Shown here: in pieces, positions 1 through 10,930 of the stretch
How the letters are laid out: every line of letters starts with the position of its first letter
How positions within the stretch are numbered: position 1 is the stretch's first letter
From: an uncultured Desulfospira sp.
GTDB lineage: Bacteria; Desulfobacterota; Desulfobacteria; Desulfobacterales; Desulfobacteraceae
Direction of reading: 5' to 3'
DNA length: 64,000 bases
Assembly: GCA_963663165.1 (NCBI GenBank)
Contig: OY760175.1
Span: 1,792,001 to 1,856,000, forward strand
Translations under genes and position numbers: made by a program
The notes under the pieces: model-generated
Databases searched by the model: none
What the model was told of the DNA's origin: nothing
The model's input: the letters and a program-made list of their open reading frames with translations, nothing else

Positions 1-561
1 TGTCAGTTAAAAAAAGAAGCTCGTGCAAAACAAATATGAATTCGTGCAAAAAGGTTAAGTGCTGATGAAAAACCACTCATAAAAGCGCTATCTAAAGCCA
101 ATGTGAGGGTATCCTCGGTTTGGGATTTAGTTAATTCTAATAAATCTTATAAAAATGCCATCCCAATTTTGATAGAGCATGTTAAAAAAGAGTATCATCC
201 TAAAATACTGGCGGGTATAGCCAGAGCCTTAGCCTCGCCAGAAACAAACGATTTTGAGGGGGGGGGGGGAGTGCTTTATTGGAATTGTATAAAAATACAG
301 AGCCTGATGAATCAATAAATGAACCGGAATTAAGAGGGTTTAAAGAAGGATTAGCTGTTGCGCTTTCGTTTTTATGCAATTCTGGAAGAGTGAAAGATAT
401 ATTTTTTTTAATTGATGAAAAAAAAGCACGGCAATAGTAGGGTATTATTAGTAGACGGATTATCAAAATTTAAAGATGATCTTGAAGCAAGAAACATCCT
501 GGAGTCGCTTTTTAACGATAAAGAATTGGGGGAGATAGCAAAAAAAGTTTGCAGAAATTAA
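1..561 (+). pseudogene. Frameshifted putative immunity protein (helical/HEAT-like), 5' end outside or broken
   Basis: ORF 103-318 (SVWDLVN...GIARALA) continues in other frames (SALLELY...FKEGLAVAL; HGNSRVLL...KKVCRN*) across a G12 run (258-269) and an A8 run (418-425); AT-rich; lies in an Rhs cassette array. Confidence 0.5.
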
Positions 562-601
562 GGCGGGTACAGTGCTGGTGATGAGATCAGAATATTTATT
601 T

Positions 602-2118
602 AGACAACGAAATATTAGGCCCAAGGCAACATCCTCAAGGAGACGTTAGACCGGAACAGCACCAGCCAGACAAAAGAATACACCTACGATCACTTGGACA
701 GACTGGTTGATGACACCGCTTCAACGACCTGGGGTTATGATGAAGTGGGGAACTGGCTGTCAACCAACCAGAACGGTGCGGCTGAAATCAGGGTCCCCAA
801 TGATGATAATGAATACGCTTCCGTTGACGGCACGGCCTATACCTACGACAACAACGGTAACCTGACCTCGGATGGAATAAAGGACTATATTTACGACTGG
901 GCAGACCGGCTTATCCAGGTTGAAAACAGCGGCCAGGTCCTGGCTGCGTATACTTATGATGCTTTGAACCGCAGGGTTACCCGGGTTGTCGGGACCGAAG
1001 CAACAACCTTTGTTTATGACGGATCAGATGTCATTGAAGAATACACGGATGGCGTATTCGACCGATCCTTTGTTTACGGCAGTACCATTGATGAACCGAT
1101 CCTTTTGGAAACCGGCGGCCTGCTTTATTATTATGTTGCCGGTCGCCAGGGAAGTGTCCGGGTGATTGCTGATGACACCGGCGCCCTGGTGGAATCGTAT
1201 GAATACAGTCCGTTCGGCCTGATGACCATCTATGACAACCAGGACCAGGACATCACGGTCACCGGCTCCACCATCGACAACCCGTTCGGATATACAGCCA
1301 GAAGATGGGATGCAGAATCAGGTCTATGGCATTATCGGAACCGCACGTATTCTGCTGAACTGGGCAGATTCTTGCAACGAGACCCGGCCGGGTATGTGGA
1401 TGGATTGAATCTTTATGTTGCATGCTTGAATAATCCCTTGCGGTACACTGACCCTGATGGGTTAATGGCACGGACCGCTTGGGATTATACCGAAAGATCA
1501 GGCGAACAGCTTCTTTTGGGAAATTATTCGGATGAAGTGACCCTGTTGGGGACGGGAGCCCAGATTGGGACCGGCCTTTTAGGTATTGATCTTCTGGGTG
1601 ATATAAGGGATATAAGTTATGATATTCAGAATTGGGAATGGTCATGGTCACATATAGGCCAAACTGCCCTTGATGTCGCAGGGGTTTTACCATTAGTCGG
1701 TGCCATAAAATACACTGATGAGACCAAAACACTTATTAAGGGACTGGATAACGTTGATGAAGTTGCTGATGTTTCAAAGAGATTGCCACAAGATATAAAA
1801 GTAAACTCAAATGCCCCAGACTCTTTGCCTACAAACAGACCTATTGGAAAGAGTACTACTCAAAACGCAGCAGCGCAAGCAAAGATAAAGGAACTTGAGG
1901 CAGCTGGTTACACTGACATTCGAGTAAATCAACAGCAGGTAAATGCTGGGGGAGAAAGGGTTGGCATCAATAGGCCTGATATCCAAGCTACAACACCAAG
2001 TGGTCAAAGGGTTTATATCGAATATGATACCTCACTTTCAAATAGAGGTCCTTTACATGAACAAAGAATAAACGCAAATGACCCATCAGGAACAGTTGAA
2101 TTATATAAGGTTGATTAA
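602..2118 (+). pseudogene. Orphan Rhs core + C-terminal toxin (pre-toxin TG-like segment, then a putative PD-(D/E)XK-like nuclease tip)
   Basis: 602-1470 is homologous to 7422-8290 of the intact Rhs; ORF 694-2118 has YD repeats and the core end RFLQRDPAGYVDGLNLY...NNPLRYTDPDG; tip contains RPDIQ...YIEYD; no Rhs N-terminus. Confidence 0.85.
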
Positions 2119-2846
2119 TGAATTTTTTATTTAATAATACTATTTCACCAATAACATCACGTATTGGCTTTCTTGAAATTGGCCTTGAAGCCTCAGTGAC
2201 AGCGTATGAAGAGTGGATGGTCCCCATTTTGAAAGATTATGGATTTGAATTAGATAGAAAGATAATGAATTTGAATTTTAAGGAGACTCTACTGAAATTA
2301 CAGCCATTGGTGTCTCCAATTCGAACGAAATTTCTTTTCATTCCAACCGATAGTAACTGGACAGCTTTTTTAGATAACGGCTGGAGAGGTGCTGATGCAT
2401 CTCCCCCTATAAAGGTTCTTTCGAATAGGCTAAATTGTAAAGGGCTTGTATTCACAGCTATCCCACATACAATGCCAGCAAAGGTTGAAAATGAAACAAA
2501 AGGTCGTTATGGCTCGACAATTATGGAGGTTTATGGACCCGATGGCGACTTCCTCCGTACGATTTATTCTTCCAATGATGGAGGTAAATGGGTTTTTGGA
2601 GAAAGTGGTACCCCTTTTGATTTTGAAAATTTAACACTCTATAAGGCAAAAAAAATTTGTGATCGTTTCACTCCAGAAATTCTTGAAGAATATTTAATGA
2701 AGTTGGGAATTGAGGCTTTTAATGAGAGTTTTTATCTTCCTGATTCTTCTGATGTCTCAATTATGTTGACGAAAAGAGGCCCACTTCCAGCAAGTCATAA
2801 GGAATATTCATTGCATGAGGTTAGAGAAATGATGGGGGAAAATTAA
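2118..2846 (+). CDS. Putative immunity protein for the upstream orphan Rhs toxin
   Basis: Start overlaps the toxin stop (TAATG); AT-rich 242-aa ORF. Confidence 0.75.
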   Translation: MNFLFNNTISPITSRIGFLEIGLEASVTAYEEWMVPILKDYGFELDRKIMNLNFKETLLKLQPLVSPIRTKFLFIPTDSNWTAFLDNGWRGADASPPIKVLSNRLNCKGLVFTAIPHTMPAKVENETKGRYGSTIMEVYGPDGDFLRTIYSSNDGGKWVFGESGTPFDFENLTLYKAKKICDRFTPEILEEYLMKLGIEAFNESFYLPDSSDVSIMLTKRGPLPASHKEYSLHEVREMMGEN

Positions 2847-3043
2847 ATTTGTCGGTGGTCGGGGGGCGGCCCAAGCACATTTTTATAACCACTTGTTAAT
2901 AAACATTTTTTTTAAAATGAGGTAAAAACGACTCTTAGAAGTACCATTTTAATACCCAAACTGCCATTTTAAGAAAACCGATGATATAAAAAGCCCATCC
3001 GGTTTCATTTCTTTTTGCCAAAAAGAATGATAGGGAAAAATCT

Positions 3044-6000
3044 ATGAATGCTGTTACCAGAAACGGATGGGCTTCACATTTTGCCGTTGTCATTATTATG
3101 ATATCGGCCTGTTTGTGTTTCCTGCCTTATTCTTCTTCTTTTAGCAGCGAAGCATCCCCTTCAATCATCACATCCCCTGATTATGTCGATACCGGCCCCA
3201 TCTCTCTGGATACGGGCAGCTTAAGCGCCACAACCCAGACCGACTGGCGGGCCACCTACACCATAGAAACCGATGAAACCGGCAATACCGCCACATTCAT
3301 CCAAAAAGCTTCGGAAGCCGTCAACGCAGCCATATCCGCCATTGGCGATCCGGTAGACATGGCAAGCGGTGAGTTCTACACGGAAGAAAATCCCGATTTC
3401 CTGATCAAATCCCGGGGGCTTGATTTATCCATTATCCGTAAATACAGAAGCCAATTGATCTACAACGGCCCCTTTGGGTATGGCTGGACCTGGAAGCATG
3501 CAGAGCGCATCCTGCCCCTGAGCGGGGGGGACGTCAAGTATTATAAAAACAACGGTGACGCCCTGGATCTAACCTCCAACGGGAACGGGACATATACCTA
3601 TCCTCCGGGGTCCGAGTTTATTCTGGCCATAGAATCCGGCCAATACGTCATCACCCAAAACCGGACCCGGCAAAAATCCTATTTTTCCGACCAGGGGTAT
3701 CTGGTCAGGAAAGAGGACCGGTTCGGCAATACCCTGACATTTGGATATGGCAATACCAGCTATCCGGGTCAAATTACCGCCATAACGGACGGCCTTGGCA
3801 GATCCCTTACCCTGGCCTATAACTCAAACGGTAAAGTCATCAGTATCACGGACTTTGAGGGCCGGTCCTGTTCCTACCTTTACAGTGACATAAGTTCCGG
3901 AGACGGGCTTGGAGACGACCTGATTGAGTTCAGAGGCCTTGATTACCAAACCAGCCTTGATAACGCCACCCGGTACGAATATTTGTCCAATCAGGAAAAC
4001 GTATACCTGAACCATAACATGACCAAGTACACCCTGCCGGGCGGGGATTATCTTGAGATCGGGTATTATAAAAACGACCAGGCGGCCTATCATACCAACG
4101 CCAAGGGCGAGACCTTCAACTTCATGTACAGCCGGTTGAACCGGTATGCAGAAACCTGGAACGAAGAGGGGTATTACCGGAAGGTCTTTTTCAACGAAGC
4201 CAATGACGTTATCCGGGTCGCCAATGAGGACGGCACCATTGAACAGATGGAGTATGATGAATACGGCCATCACAACAAGATTTCTCATACGGATGGCAAC
4301 GGCTATACCACCACGTTCCAATACTATCCAGACGGTGCAGCCGATCCGCAAGCTTATGTCAAAAAACGGAATCTGTATCTTAAAACCGATGCCATAGGCC
4401 GCGCCTGGACTTATCAGTACAATGATACAAACAACGTCTATGCACCGTCCCAGGCAACAGACCCTGCCGGTAATATCACCCGGTTTGAATATTATACCAA
4501 CGGCAGCCTGCACAAAAAAATCCAGGCACCGGGGTATGCCTTTGATGCCAATGGTGACCTTGTATCGAACACAAACGCCCCGGGTTTTGAAACCGTATAC
4601 GAGTATGACGCTTACGGGAATATCACCAGAATCACGGATCCGTCAGGCCAATATAAAGAACTGACCTACGATACAAACAGTCTTTATCTTGTGACCCAAA
4701 AAGATAAACGGGGCAACGAAACCCAATACCGGTACTACGAGGATTTTACGGAAAACATGCCCATAGGGGCGGTTAAATCCGTAACGGTCAAATCCGGAAC
4801 CAGTGAATACACCACCACCTATGAGTATGACCAGCTGGGCCGGAAAACCAAGGAAACAGATCCGCTATCCCAGGCAACCCAATACCAGTACACCCTTGAC
4901 GGGAAGCTTGAAAAAATCACTAAGCCCAACGGTGCCGTAACCCAACATATCTATGACACGGCCAGGGACATCGTGTCCGGAGCCCAGATCATAGAAACCA
5001 TAGATCCGTTGGGTAATTCCGTGCACTTTTCCTATGACGCCACAGGCAAGCCGATTAAAAAGCAGGATAAGAACGGGAACGTTTTCACCTTTGCCTATGA
5101 CAAAATGGGCCGCCTCGCCAAAGAGGTTGATCCATTCAGGGCCGTCAAACACTATGTTTATGACGGCAACGGCAACAAAACCGCTATTAAGCTTTATGAT
5201 CAGGCTGGAGTTCTGCTCAAGGAAACCCAATTCACCTATAACGCCGCCAACCAGCTAGTGGAAAAAACCATCCCCTGCGACTTTGAAGAAGATGGGTGTG
5301 AAAAGACGGTTCAGTACCAATACACCCTTGACGGTAAACCACAGAGCCAGACCATTGTTTTTCCGGAAGGGGACGATTTAGTCACCTATTATGAATACAA
5401 TGCCCTGGGCCAGTTAATACAGGAAACCAAAGGATACGGAACTGATGACGCCCGGGCCACCCAATACAGACATGACGCCCTGGGCCGGTTGACCCGGACC
5501 ATATTCCCCTTAGGCAATTCTGAGGTCCGTGAATATGATGCCAACGGCAATGTAACTGCCGTAAAGATCTATGACCAGTCCGGCACCCTGCTGGAAGAGA
5601 CTGAAAATATTTATGATGCCCGTAATCTTCTGGTTGAAACCGTCGATCCCCTGGAAAACAGCACATACTACACCTATGACGCCCTTGGAAGAAAAACGGA
5701 ACAATTTCAATTCCTGACCGAATCCGGGGATATGATCCAGTACCAGTGGCAGTATGATGCCGTGGGCAACCTGGCCCAGGAAACCGATCCCCTGGGCCGG
5801 CTGACCCGGCACGGATATGACCTGAACGACCAAAAGGCCAAAACCGTTGACGCCCTGGGCCAGACCACTGCATTTGAGTACGACCCCAACGGGAACCTGA
5901 CATCCGTTACCAATCCGGACCAAAGCCGGACCACAACCTATTATGATGCCCTGAACCGGAAAATCGGTGTTGAAGATGAGCTGGGCCATATCCAAACCTT

Positions 6001-8911
6001 TGATTACGATGAAGACTCCAACCTGGTGGCTCACCTGGATGCCCGGAAGGGGATCACCACCTTTGAATATGACGCAGCCAACCGGCTGAGAAGAAAAACC
6101 AATGCCCTGGGAAATACTGAAGAGACCGAATATGACCCGGCCGACCGGATCATCCGGAAAACAGACCCACGGGGAATTATAACCCTGCTTTCATATGATG
6201 CCGCAAGCAACCTGATCAGCCAAACCCTGGCTTCCGGCACAGATGATGAGACCGTCACCCAGTTTGAATATGACCTCAACAACCGGAAAACCCGGGAGAT
6301 CCATGTAATAACCGAAGGGAACCAGATTACGGCCTTTGAGTATGACGATCGGGGCTTGCTGACCCACAGGAAAAACGGGTTTCACACCGGTTCCCCGGAA
6401 ACCTGGGAGTATGAATATGACGAAGCCGGGCAACTGACGGCAACCACTGACCCCAACGGCAACACCACCCAGGTGTTCTATGATGCCGTTGGCCGCAAGA
6501 AAGCCCAAACCCAGGCCCAGGGCCTGGTGAAATATTACTGGGAGTACGACCTAGCCGGAAACGTCACCCTTGAAAGAAAACCCGAGGGAGAAGAAATCCA
6601 GAACGCCTATGATGCCCTCAACCGTCTTGTTCTGGAAACCAGGGGAGGCGACCAGCGCCGGTTTGAATATGACAGCAGGGGCCGTCTTACCCGTGAAGGA
6701 AACTTTAACGGGGATGCCACGCAATATCAATATGATTCAGCCGGCAGAATGATTCAAAAAACAGAAGCCGCCGGTACGGTCGATGAAGCCGTAAGTACGT
6801 ATGAATATGATGAAAACGGTAACCTGGTTGCTGTCACCAATCCTTTGCTCAAAACAGTGTCCTTTGAATATGATGCATTGAATCAGCGTATTACAGAAAC
6901 CGACAGTGACGGGGATTCAAAAACCATCACCTATGATGAAAACGGCAATGTCCTGGCCATTGAGAAAAAGGACGGCACAGACATAGAGTATGTCTGGGAT
7001 AATCTGAACCGGAAGACCGAGGTAATAGTTGGCAGCACCACTAAGCAAACCTTTGGTTATGACGAGCTTTCCAGGCTGGTTACTGCAACAGACAGCACCC
7101 ACACAACCACGTTCGCTTACAACGACTACGGACGCCTGGTAACAGAAACCCAAGGGTCTTATGAAGTTGCAAAGCTCTACGATGCCAACGGAAATAAAAC
7201 CCAAATTACCTATCCTTCAGGCCGGGTAGTTGAAAAAACCTACAATGAAAATGATGCCCTGTCAGAAATCCTATATCAGGGCAGTTCCATTGCAAGTCTT
7301 ACCCATGACCGGAACAACCGCCTGACAGCCGTGTCCTACGGAAACGGGACAGGCCTTGCCCTGGCATATGATGAACGGGAACGTGAAATCTCAAGAAGTT
7401 ATACAGGTTCCCTCTTTGCCCAGACAACGGAATATGACGCCCAGGGCAACATCCTCGAAGAGGCGTTAAATCGAAACGGCACCAGCCAGACAAAAGATTA
7501 CACCTACGACCATCTGGACAGGGTTGTCACAGCCACGCCTTTAACAACCTGGGATTATGATGCTGTGGGCAACTGGCTGTCTACCAACCAGAACGGTGCT
7601 GCCGAAACCAGAATGTCCAATGATGACAATGAATACACATCCATTGACGGTACGGCCTATACCCATGACGCCAACGGCAACCTGACCACGGACGGAACAA
7701 AAGACTATGTTTACGACTGGGCAGACCGGCTTATCCGGATAGAGGAGAGCTCCCAGATCCTGGCTGAGTACACTTATGATGCTGTGAACCGCAGGGTCAC
7801 CAAAACGGTGGGAACAACCGTAACCACCTTCATTTACGACGAAACAGATGTCATTGAAGAATACACCGACGGTGTATTTGACCGGGCCTTTGTTTACCGT
7901 AATACCATTGATAAACCAATCCTTCTGGAAACCGGCAGCCAGCTTTATTACTACATTACCGGGCGCCAGGGAAGCGTCCGGGCAATTGTTGATGACACCG
8001 GGACGTTGGTGGAATCGTACGAGTATACCCCCTTTGGCCTGATGACCATCTACGACAACCAGGGACAGGACATCACCGCAACCGGCTCCGCCATCAGCAA
8101 CCCGTTCGGATACACCGGCAGAAGATGGGATGGTGAATCCGGCCTGTGGTATTACCGAAACCGGATGTACTCTGCTGAATTAGGCCGGTTTCTCCAGCGG
8201 GACCCGGCCGGGTATGTCGATGGGCTTAATCTTTATATCTACGTCTCAAATAACCCTTTGCGGTTCACTGACCCTGACGGATTGATGGCGAAGGCTGCTT
8301 ATGACTATGTCAGCACTGATGTGTCAAATTGGTATGATAACAGTTTTTCATCAGTAATCTACGAAGATACCCCTGATAGAAAATACCTGCCGGTCATGAC
8401 GAATAATAATGACCTGCCTTTTTTAAGTGCTGCTATTCAAAATAACCTTCTTGCTCCTGCATGGAATACAGCAGCGAGCAGCCTCAATACTTTAAAGCAT
8501 GTTCAATCCGGCGTGCCGGTTTCTGAGTGGGAGCTTTTAGAAACTGCAGCTCTTATGGCACCTCTATCCAGAACTGTTACGAATAGTGCGAAGTATATTG
8601 GTTCTAAAATAGGCCCAAAGAGGGGAGTATTTCCCAAGAACGCAGATGATCTTCTATCCGAAATTCCAAGAAATAAAAAAGGACAAATTATCCCAAGTGA
8701 CAAGGTACGCATCCGTCCTGAGCAACACGCACTCAAACCTGGTGAAACATATGCACCACGGCACCATGGCCAACATTATCATGTCGAAATAAGAAAAAAC
8801 GTTAACAAAAGCTGGAATAATAAGAAAAACGTTATAAAAGTAAAGCCAGACAACTACGTTCAAGGTGAAGGAACTGGATTCTTGCCTGGTGAAAAATATC
8901 CGGGACTTTGA
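3044..8911 (+). CDS. rhs: Full-length Rhs/YD-repeat polymorphic toxin (signal-peptide-like N-terminus, DUF6531-like domain, HYH-motif toxin tip)
   Basis: 1955 aa; GDPVDMASGEF and GPFGYGW motifs; many YDxxGRL repeats; core end YVSNNPLRFTDPDG; AT-rich tip with RHHGQHYHVE. Confidence 0.95.
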   Translation: MNAVTRNGWASHFAVVIIMISACLCFLPYSSSFSSEASPSIITSPDYVDTGPISLDTGSLSATTQTDWRATYTIETDETGNTATFIQKASEAVNAAISAIGDPVDMASGEFYTEENPDFLIKSRGLDLSIIRKYRSQLIYNGPFGYGWTWKHAERILPLSGGDVKYYKNNGDALDLTSNGNGTYTYPPGSEFILAIESGQYVITQNRTRQKSYFSDQGYLVRKEDRFGNTLTFGYGNTSYPGQITAITDGLGRSLTLAYNSNGKVISITDFEGRSCSYLYSDISSGDGLGDDLIEFRGLDYQTSLDNATRYEYLSNQENVYLNHNMTKYTLPGGDYLEIGYYKNDQAAYHTNAKGETFNFMYSRLNRYAETWNEEGYYRKVFFNEANDVIRVANEDGTIEQMEYDEYGHHNKISHTDGNGYTTTFQYYPDGAADPQAYVKKRNLYLKTDAIGRAWTYQYNDTNNVYAPSQATDPAGNITRFEYYTNGSLHKKIQAPGYAFDANGDLVSNTNAPGFETVYEYDAYGNITRITDPSGQYKELTYDTNSLYLVTQKDKRGNETQYRYYEDFTENMPIGAVKSVTVKSGTSEYTTTYEYDQLGRKTKETDPLSQATQYQYTLDGKLEKITKPNGAVTQHIYDTARDIVSGAQIIETIDPLGNSVHFSYDATGKPIKKQDKNGNVFTFAYDKMGRLAKEVDPFRAVKHYVYDGNGNKTAIKLYDQAGVLLKETQFTYNAANQLVEKTIPCDFEEDGCEKTVQYQYTLDGKPQSQTIVFPEGDDLVTYYEYNALGQLIQETKGYGTDDARATQYRHDALGRLTRTIFPLGNSEVREYDANGNVTAVKIYDQSGTLLEETENIYDARNLLVETVDPLENSTYYTYDALGRKTEQFQFLTESGDMIQYQWQYDAVGNLAQETDPLGRLTRHGYDLNDQKAKTVDALGQTTAFEYDPNGNLTSVTNPDQSRTTTYYDALNRKIGVEDELGHIQTFDYDEDSNLVAHLDARKGITTFEYDAANRLRRKTNALGNTEETEYDPADRIIRKTDPRGIITLLSYDAASNLISQTLASGTDDETVTQFEYDLNNRKTREIHVITEGNQITAFEYDDRGLLTHRKNGFHTGSPETWEYEYDEAGQLTATTDPNGNTTQVFYDAVGRKKAQTQAQGLVKYYWEYDLAGNVTLERKPEGEEIQNAYDALNRLVLETRGGDQRRFEYDSRGRLTREGNFNGDATQYQYDSAGRMIQKTEAAGTVDEAVSTYEYDENGNLVAVTNPLLKTVSFEYDALNQRITETDSDGDSKTITYDENGNVLAIEKKDGTDIEYVWDNLNRKTEVIVGSTTKQTFGYDELSRLVTATDSTHTTTFAYNDYGRLVTETQGSYEVAKLYDANGNKTQITYPSGRVVEKTYNENDALSEILYQGSSIASLTHDRNNRLTAVSYGNGTGLALAYDEREREISRSYTGSLFAQTTEYDAQGNILEEALNRNGTSQTKDYTYDHLDRVVTATPLTTWDYDAVGNWLSTNQNGAAETRMSNDDNEYTSIDGTAYTHDANGNLTTDGTKDYVYDWADRLIRIEESSQILAEYTYDAVNRRVTKTVGTTVTTFIYDETDVIEEYTDGVFDRAFVYRNTIDKPILLETGSQLYYYITGRQGSVRAIVDDTGTLVESYEYTPFGLMTIYDNQGQDITATGSAISNPFGYTGRRWDGESGLWYYRNRMYSAELGRFLQRDPAGYVDGLNLYIYVSNNPLRFTDPDGLMAKAAYDYVSTDVSNWYDNSFSSVIYEDTPDRKYLPVMTNNNDLPFLSAAIQNNLLAPAWNTAASSLNTLKHVQSGVPVSEWELLETAALMAPLSRTVTNSAKYIGSKIGPKRGVFPKNADDLLSEIPRNKKGQIIPSDKVRIRPEQHALKPGETYAPRHHGQHYHVEIRKNVNKSWNNKKNVIKVKPDNYVQGEGTGFLPGEKYPGL

Positions 8912-9258
8912 TTATGATAAAAAGGGATTCAGTAAATTTTGAAATAGGTTTCGCTGATGGAGAAGTTATCTCGTATAATCGAAAAAACGATAATTTGATA
9001 ATATCGGTAAAAGCATGGAACGAGAAAACAATCTTGGTTCTTTGCAAAGATTTAATAGGTTTTTTTGATAAGGGTGCTTGGGATATCTCAGATTTTTGTG
9101 AAGTTAAATCTGAAACTAATTTGCTTAGGGAAGTATTGAATAGGCAATTTGAGAAGCCCCCCAAAGATCATGGATATAAAGTGTTTCAGTTTTTAGATAT
9201 CGATGATCAAGTAGTTATAGAAGTTATCTGCTCTGAGATAGAAATTAACATGGAATAA
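8908..9258 (+). CDS. Putative cognate immunity protein of the intact Rhs
   Basis: Small AT-rich acidic ORF overlapping the Rhs stop. Confidence 0.75.
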   Translation: MIMIKRDSVNFEIGFADGEVISYNRKNDNLIISVKAWNEKTILVLCKDLIGFFDKGAWDISDFCEVKSETNLLREVLNRQFEKPPKDHGYKVFQFLDIDDQVVIEVICSEIEINME

Positions 9259-9347
9259 AAAGACAGGAGACAGGACGGACAGAGACAGGGGACAAATTAT
9301 GCCCTTTTAATTTTCCACCGTCTTTGCTACCCCACCGCCTGTCATAA

Positions 9348-9584
9348 TTCGAAGGAGATAATCTGGTAAGTCTTAAAACAGTTGATACCACAGGCAAAAC
9401 TTGGCTCAAAAGAATGCAAGACCATATTGATGACTTAGGAACAAGAGGAGCCACAGTTGATGGTCAGCAAGCAAATATGATTTTAGATTTACGAGTACAA
9501 CCTGGTGGTTCTTCAACCGCTCAGTCCTTAATTCAATATGGGCGTGAAAACAACGTAACTGTAATACTCAAGGAATTTAATTAA
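9348..9584 (+). pseudogene. 5'-truncated toxin tip resembling CdiA-CT EC869-o11-type restriction-endonuclease-fold nucleases
   Basis: Open frame without a start, not in the ORF track: FEGDNLVSLKTVDTTG...LDLRVQPGG...LIQYGRENNVTVILKEFN*; stop abuts the ATG at 9585. Confidence 0.6.
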
Positions 9585-10304
9585 ATGTCATTAGCTGTAG
9601 AAATTATTTTTAAATATATGGCACTTGAGCCCGTTGTTATCTGGCAAAAGATTATGAAGGTGCATTCAAATATTTTTCCTTCAAATCATAAGGGGACATT
9701 TTATGATAGTGAGATTACCTTTTCTAACGTTGAAAAAGCTATAAAGAAAAAAAACAAACCACATTTTCTTATTGAATTTGATAATGCTGTATTTAGATAC
9801 AGTTCTGTTGGTAACCATGACCATTCTTTTTTAACAATCAAAAAATGTATTAAAAAGATAAACGATACCCATAACTGGGTAAGCCCATTTCTTGTTTGCG
9901 ACGCTTTTGTGCAGGCTCGGGTGTATAATAAGGAATACGAGTTTTGGCAAAATGCATCCGATCCATTAGAATATGAGTCGGCAGGAAGGAAATATGACCA
10001 TCTCCCTATGAAATCTAATGGTCTTCCACCTCCATTGGAGCAAATAATTATTGACACATCTGCAAATCCTGGACGGCGTATACTGCGTGATGGTTACGTT
10101 GAAGCTATCGGATCATTAATGTGGTTGGGAAAACAGTTTTGGCAGTTAACAGGGACAAAGCAAGAAACAGTATCAAATGTAGGTTGGATAAATTGCAAAC
10201 ATATATCATCTAATGTTTTACTCATTAAAGCCAAGGATGATCTCTTTTCAAGCAGTGAGGATGGCAAGCTTCAAGATAAGCTGCGGTCATTGCTTTTTCC
10301 GTGA
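9585..10304 (+). CDS. Putative orphan immunity protein
   Basis: 239-aa AT-rich ORF starting immediately after the toxin-fragment stop. Confidence 0.7.
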   Translation: MSLAVEIIFKYMALEPVVIWQKIMKVHSNIFPSNHKGTFYDSEITFSNVEKAIKKKNKPHFLIEFDNAVFRYSSVGNHDHSFLTIKKCIKKINDTHNWVSPFLVCDAFVQARVYNKEYEFWQNASDPLEYESAGRKYDHLPMKSNGLPPPLEQIIIDTSANPGRRILRDGYVEAIGSLMWLGKQFWQLTGTKQETVSNVGWINCKHISSNVLLIKAKDDLFSSSEDGKLQDKLRSLLFP

Positions 10305-10484
10305 TTCGGGGCCGGTCCGAGCTAACCATAAGGAATCAAACGACTAATTGTTTTAGACGGGGCTTAAAACCATTTTAAACAACCGTTTTGGGCCCCCAAA
10401 TAACCATTTTAAGAAAATCGATGCCATAAAAAGCCCATTCGGTTTCATTTCCTTTTGCCAAAAAAGAATGACAGGGATAACCAT

Positions 10485-10583
10485 ATGAACTTCCTTACCA
10501 GAAACGGATGGGCTTCACATTTTGCCGTTGTCATCGTTATGATATCGGCCTGTTTGTGTTTCCAGCCGTATTCTTTAGCTTTT
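10485..10583 (+). pseudogene. Truncated copy of the Rhs 5' end (upstream leader conserved from ~10400)
   Basis: MNFLTRNGWASHFAVVIVMISACLCF is near-identical to the Rhs N-terminus at 3044; breaks at a TGGAACTG stutter. Confidence 0.85.
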
Positions 10584-10660
10584 GGTGGGTGGAACTGGTG
10601 GAACTGGGGTTGGAACTGCAGTGCGTGGGGTCAGGTCTTGAAATATAAGATTTTACCAAC

Positions 10661-10930
10661 CTAAGGAAAATACTTATAAATTTCACCCCGATGCAGGAAC
10701 CTGACAAAGCAGACGGTATCCTCTTCAATAACAAGGCCCAGGCGGTAGTCACCCATTCTGATACGGTAGTGGCTGCCCTGGGCCTTTAATTTTTTAAGGT
10801 TCCGGATCGCGTGGATGTCCGGGGCCTCTTCCACTTCCTGTATGATCTGCCGGACCCGGTCGAGCAACGGCCTGTCTGTTTTGCGTTTTTTTAAGTCCTT
10901 GGCAAAACTCTTTTTAAAATCGAGGATCAC
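10661..10930 (-). CDS. Type II toxin, RelE/ParE family
   Basis: 89 aa; FKKSFAKDLKK...KKLK...YRIRMGDYRLG...HRGEIY. Confidence 0.88.
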   Translation of the reverse strand: MILDFKKSFAKDLKKRKTDRPLLDRVRQIIQEVEEAPDIHAIRNLKKLKAQGSHYRIRMGDYRLGLVIEEDTVCFVRFLHRGEIYKYFP

